DNA of 64,000 nucleotides from Azolla caroliniana. Its lineage: Eukaryota > Plantae > Polypodiophyta. The position numbers and the translations under genes are program-made. The stretch spans positions 16,492,001-16,556,000 of the forward strand of contig JBHGNT010000009.1 in the NCBI GenBank assembly GCA_043228905.1. The letters run 5' to 3'. The first letter of the stretch is position 1; each line of letters starts with the position of its first letter. The notes under the pieces are model-generated. The model was not told the DNA's origin. It did no database searches and saw only the letters and a list, made by a program, of their open reading frames with translations. Positions 62,519 through 64,000 of the stretch are shown here, piece after piece.

Positions 62519-64000
62519 GTTTGCTTAATTTGCTTAACTTCTGTTATTTATGTTGATCCACAACCTAATGATAGAGAACAGCTCTTAGAGTTTCAAATAT
62601 CAATCTGAACAAACTAAAGCATGAATGCACATTAATTAGAAAGCAGAAAGAAACTGTTATATACAATACGTTTCTCCTTGTGTTCCTTAAATGCTTCATA
62701 CTGCAAGGGCTGGGTGCCCCATAGTGCCCCATAGACAATTTGGATGACATTAGAAATGCTTAACAAATAGAGGATGAAGATCGCCATCACTAATTATGAG
62801 AGTTACAAGGAAGTATTTAGGGGTAAGATGAACTTGAGGCCATCTTGCAATTTATCTTGACATTATGCTCAATCAAGCCATCCACAGAAATTCTTGAGTT
62901 TGAAGATGATGGCGAAGAAAACTTTGAGGATGAGCACTGGTCCATAAATGGCGATGATATTGATAATGATAAAAGGTAGCTCTAGTGATACTTGATATTC
63001 AGTCTTGAGAACTCTGACACTTCCACTCTTTGTTTTAGCCTTCAATTTCTATTGTTTCTTGTTTCCACATCCAAATAATTAGTTTTTTGGAGTTTTCACT
63101 AATTTTTTGTTCTCTATCAACTGACTATCAAGATTTGACATTCTATTATGTTTAATTTATAGATGGAAAATTGTGCTTTTCAAAGGCATTTATTTTCATA
63201 TTAATGTAGACTTCTGTGAACTGCTGCAACATATATATGGAATTTATTATGCAATATTAACATACCTTCTGTTGATATTAGGGCTGTGTATGATATCCCA
63301 TGTATTTCAGAAGTTCTGAATTACCTTTTTTCTGCACTTCACCTTTTTATGTATTTGCTGAGACTTGGAAAAGTTATAATTATGACAAATTTCAAATTGA
63401 CCAGCATAATCAAAAAAATCAGATGGAACCACCAGGAAACAATGTTGTAGATAATAAAATAAATCATGCTGGAAGTTGTGACATATAAAAGGTTTCAATA
63501 ATGACCTTGGAGATAAAATTTACTACATATCTAGGTTGATACATTTATTTTCATGTATATTTAGTGAAGTTCTATGTGTAAACAAAGACCATTGATAGAG
63601 TTCAAAGTGTGACATACACCTCTCCATCTCCTCCACCCTTTCTCAAGTCTCCCTCTCCAGCCTCGATGTTATGTACTATATGAGTTAATAGATGTTTTCT
63701 TATGTATCTCAAGTTTCCCACTTATGATTTCTCTCGTTTTATTACATTCAGTTTTTTGTCTTCAGCTCTACAACTTTGCATTTTTTGGCCTTTTATATCT
63801 GATGCATTCTTAGGGTTTTGCTGATGATGATATCACATTTCATTTCATTTCTGGATTTCCGAAAATCCTTCAACACTTTTAACATGTGCTTGGGTTATGC
63901 AACAGCTAGAAGCCCTTGGTGTCCCTATAAATATGTAATGGGGGATCTATGCATTGTATGAAATGTGCCATCTCCCAATGGTTTGTTAGAGGCTATGGCT

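Overview
Eukaryotic DNA, most likely from a seed-free land plant (inferred from the TE lineages and the gene structure). Bases ~105-59430 are a dense pile of nested retrotransposons. They include chromodomain-bearing Ty3/gypsy chromoviruses (Tcn1/Tf1-like; one near-intact young copy at 44730-50396), non-chromovirus gypsy elements with 4-bp TSDs (including a young gag-only element with a tRNA-Trp PBS), several Ty1/copia elements, a TRIM/LARD family, and an RTEX-like LINE. The window ends with the first three exons of a UDP-N-acetylglucosamine pyrophosphorylase (UAP) gene. Most notable signals: (1) a tRNA-derived Pol III promoter module (A box, 32-33 nt, B box) lying antisense at the start of U3 in LTRs of several otherwise dissimilar gypsy families; (2) a ~120-bp tRNA-headed SINE that shares its 3' tail with the LINE, with both inserting into (TC)n/(GA)n microsatellites inside LTRs; (3) tRNA-independent self-priming signatures and a conserved G_UUA_AAC plus pseudoknot -1 frameshift signal in the chromoviruses. 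Coordinates were read by eye, and boundaries of degenerate elements are approximate.
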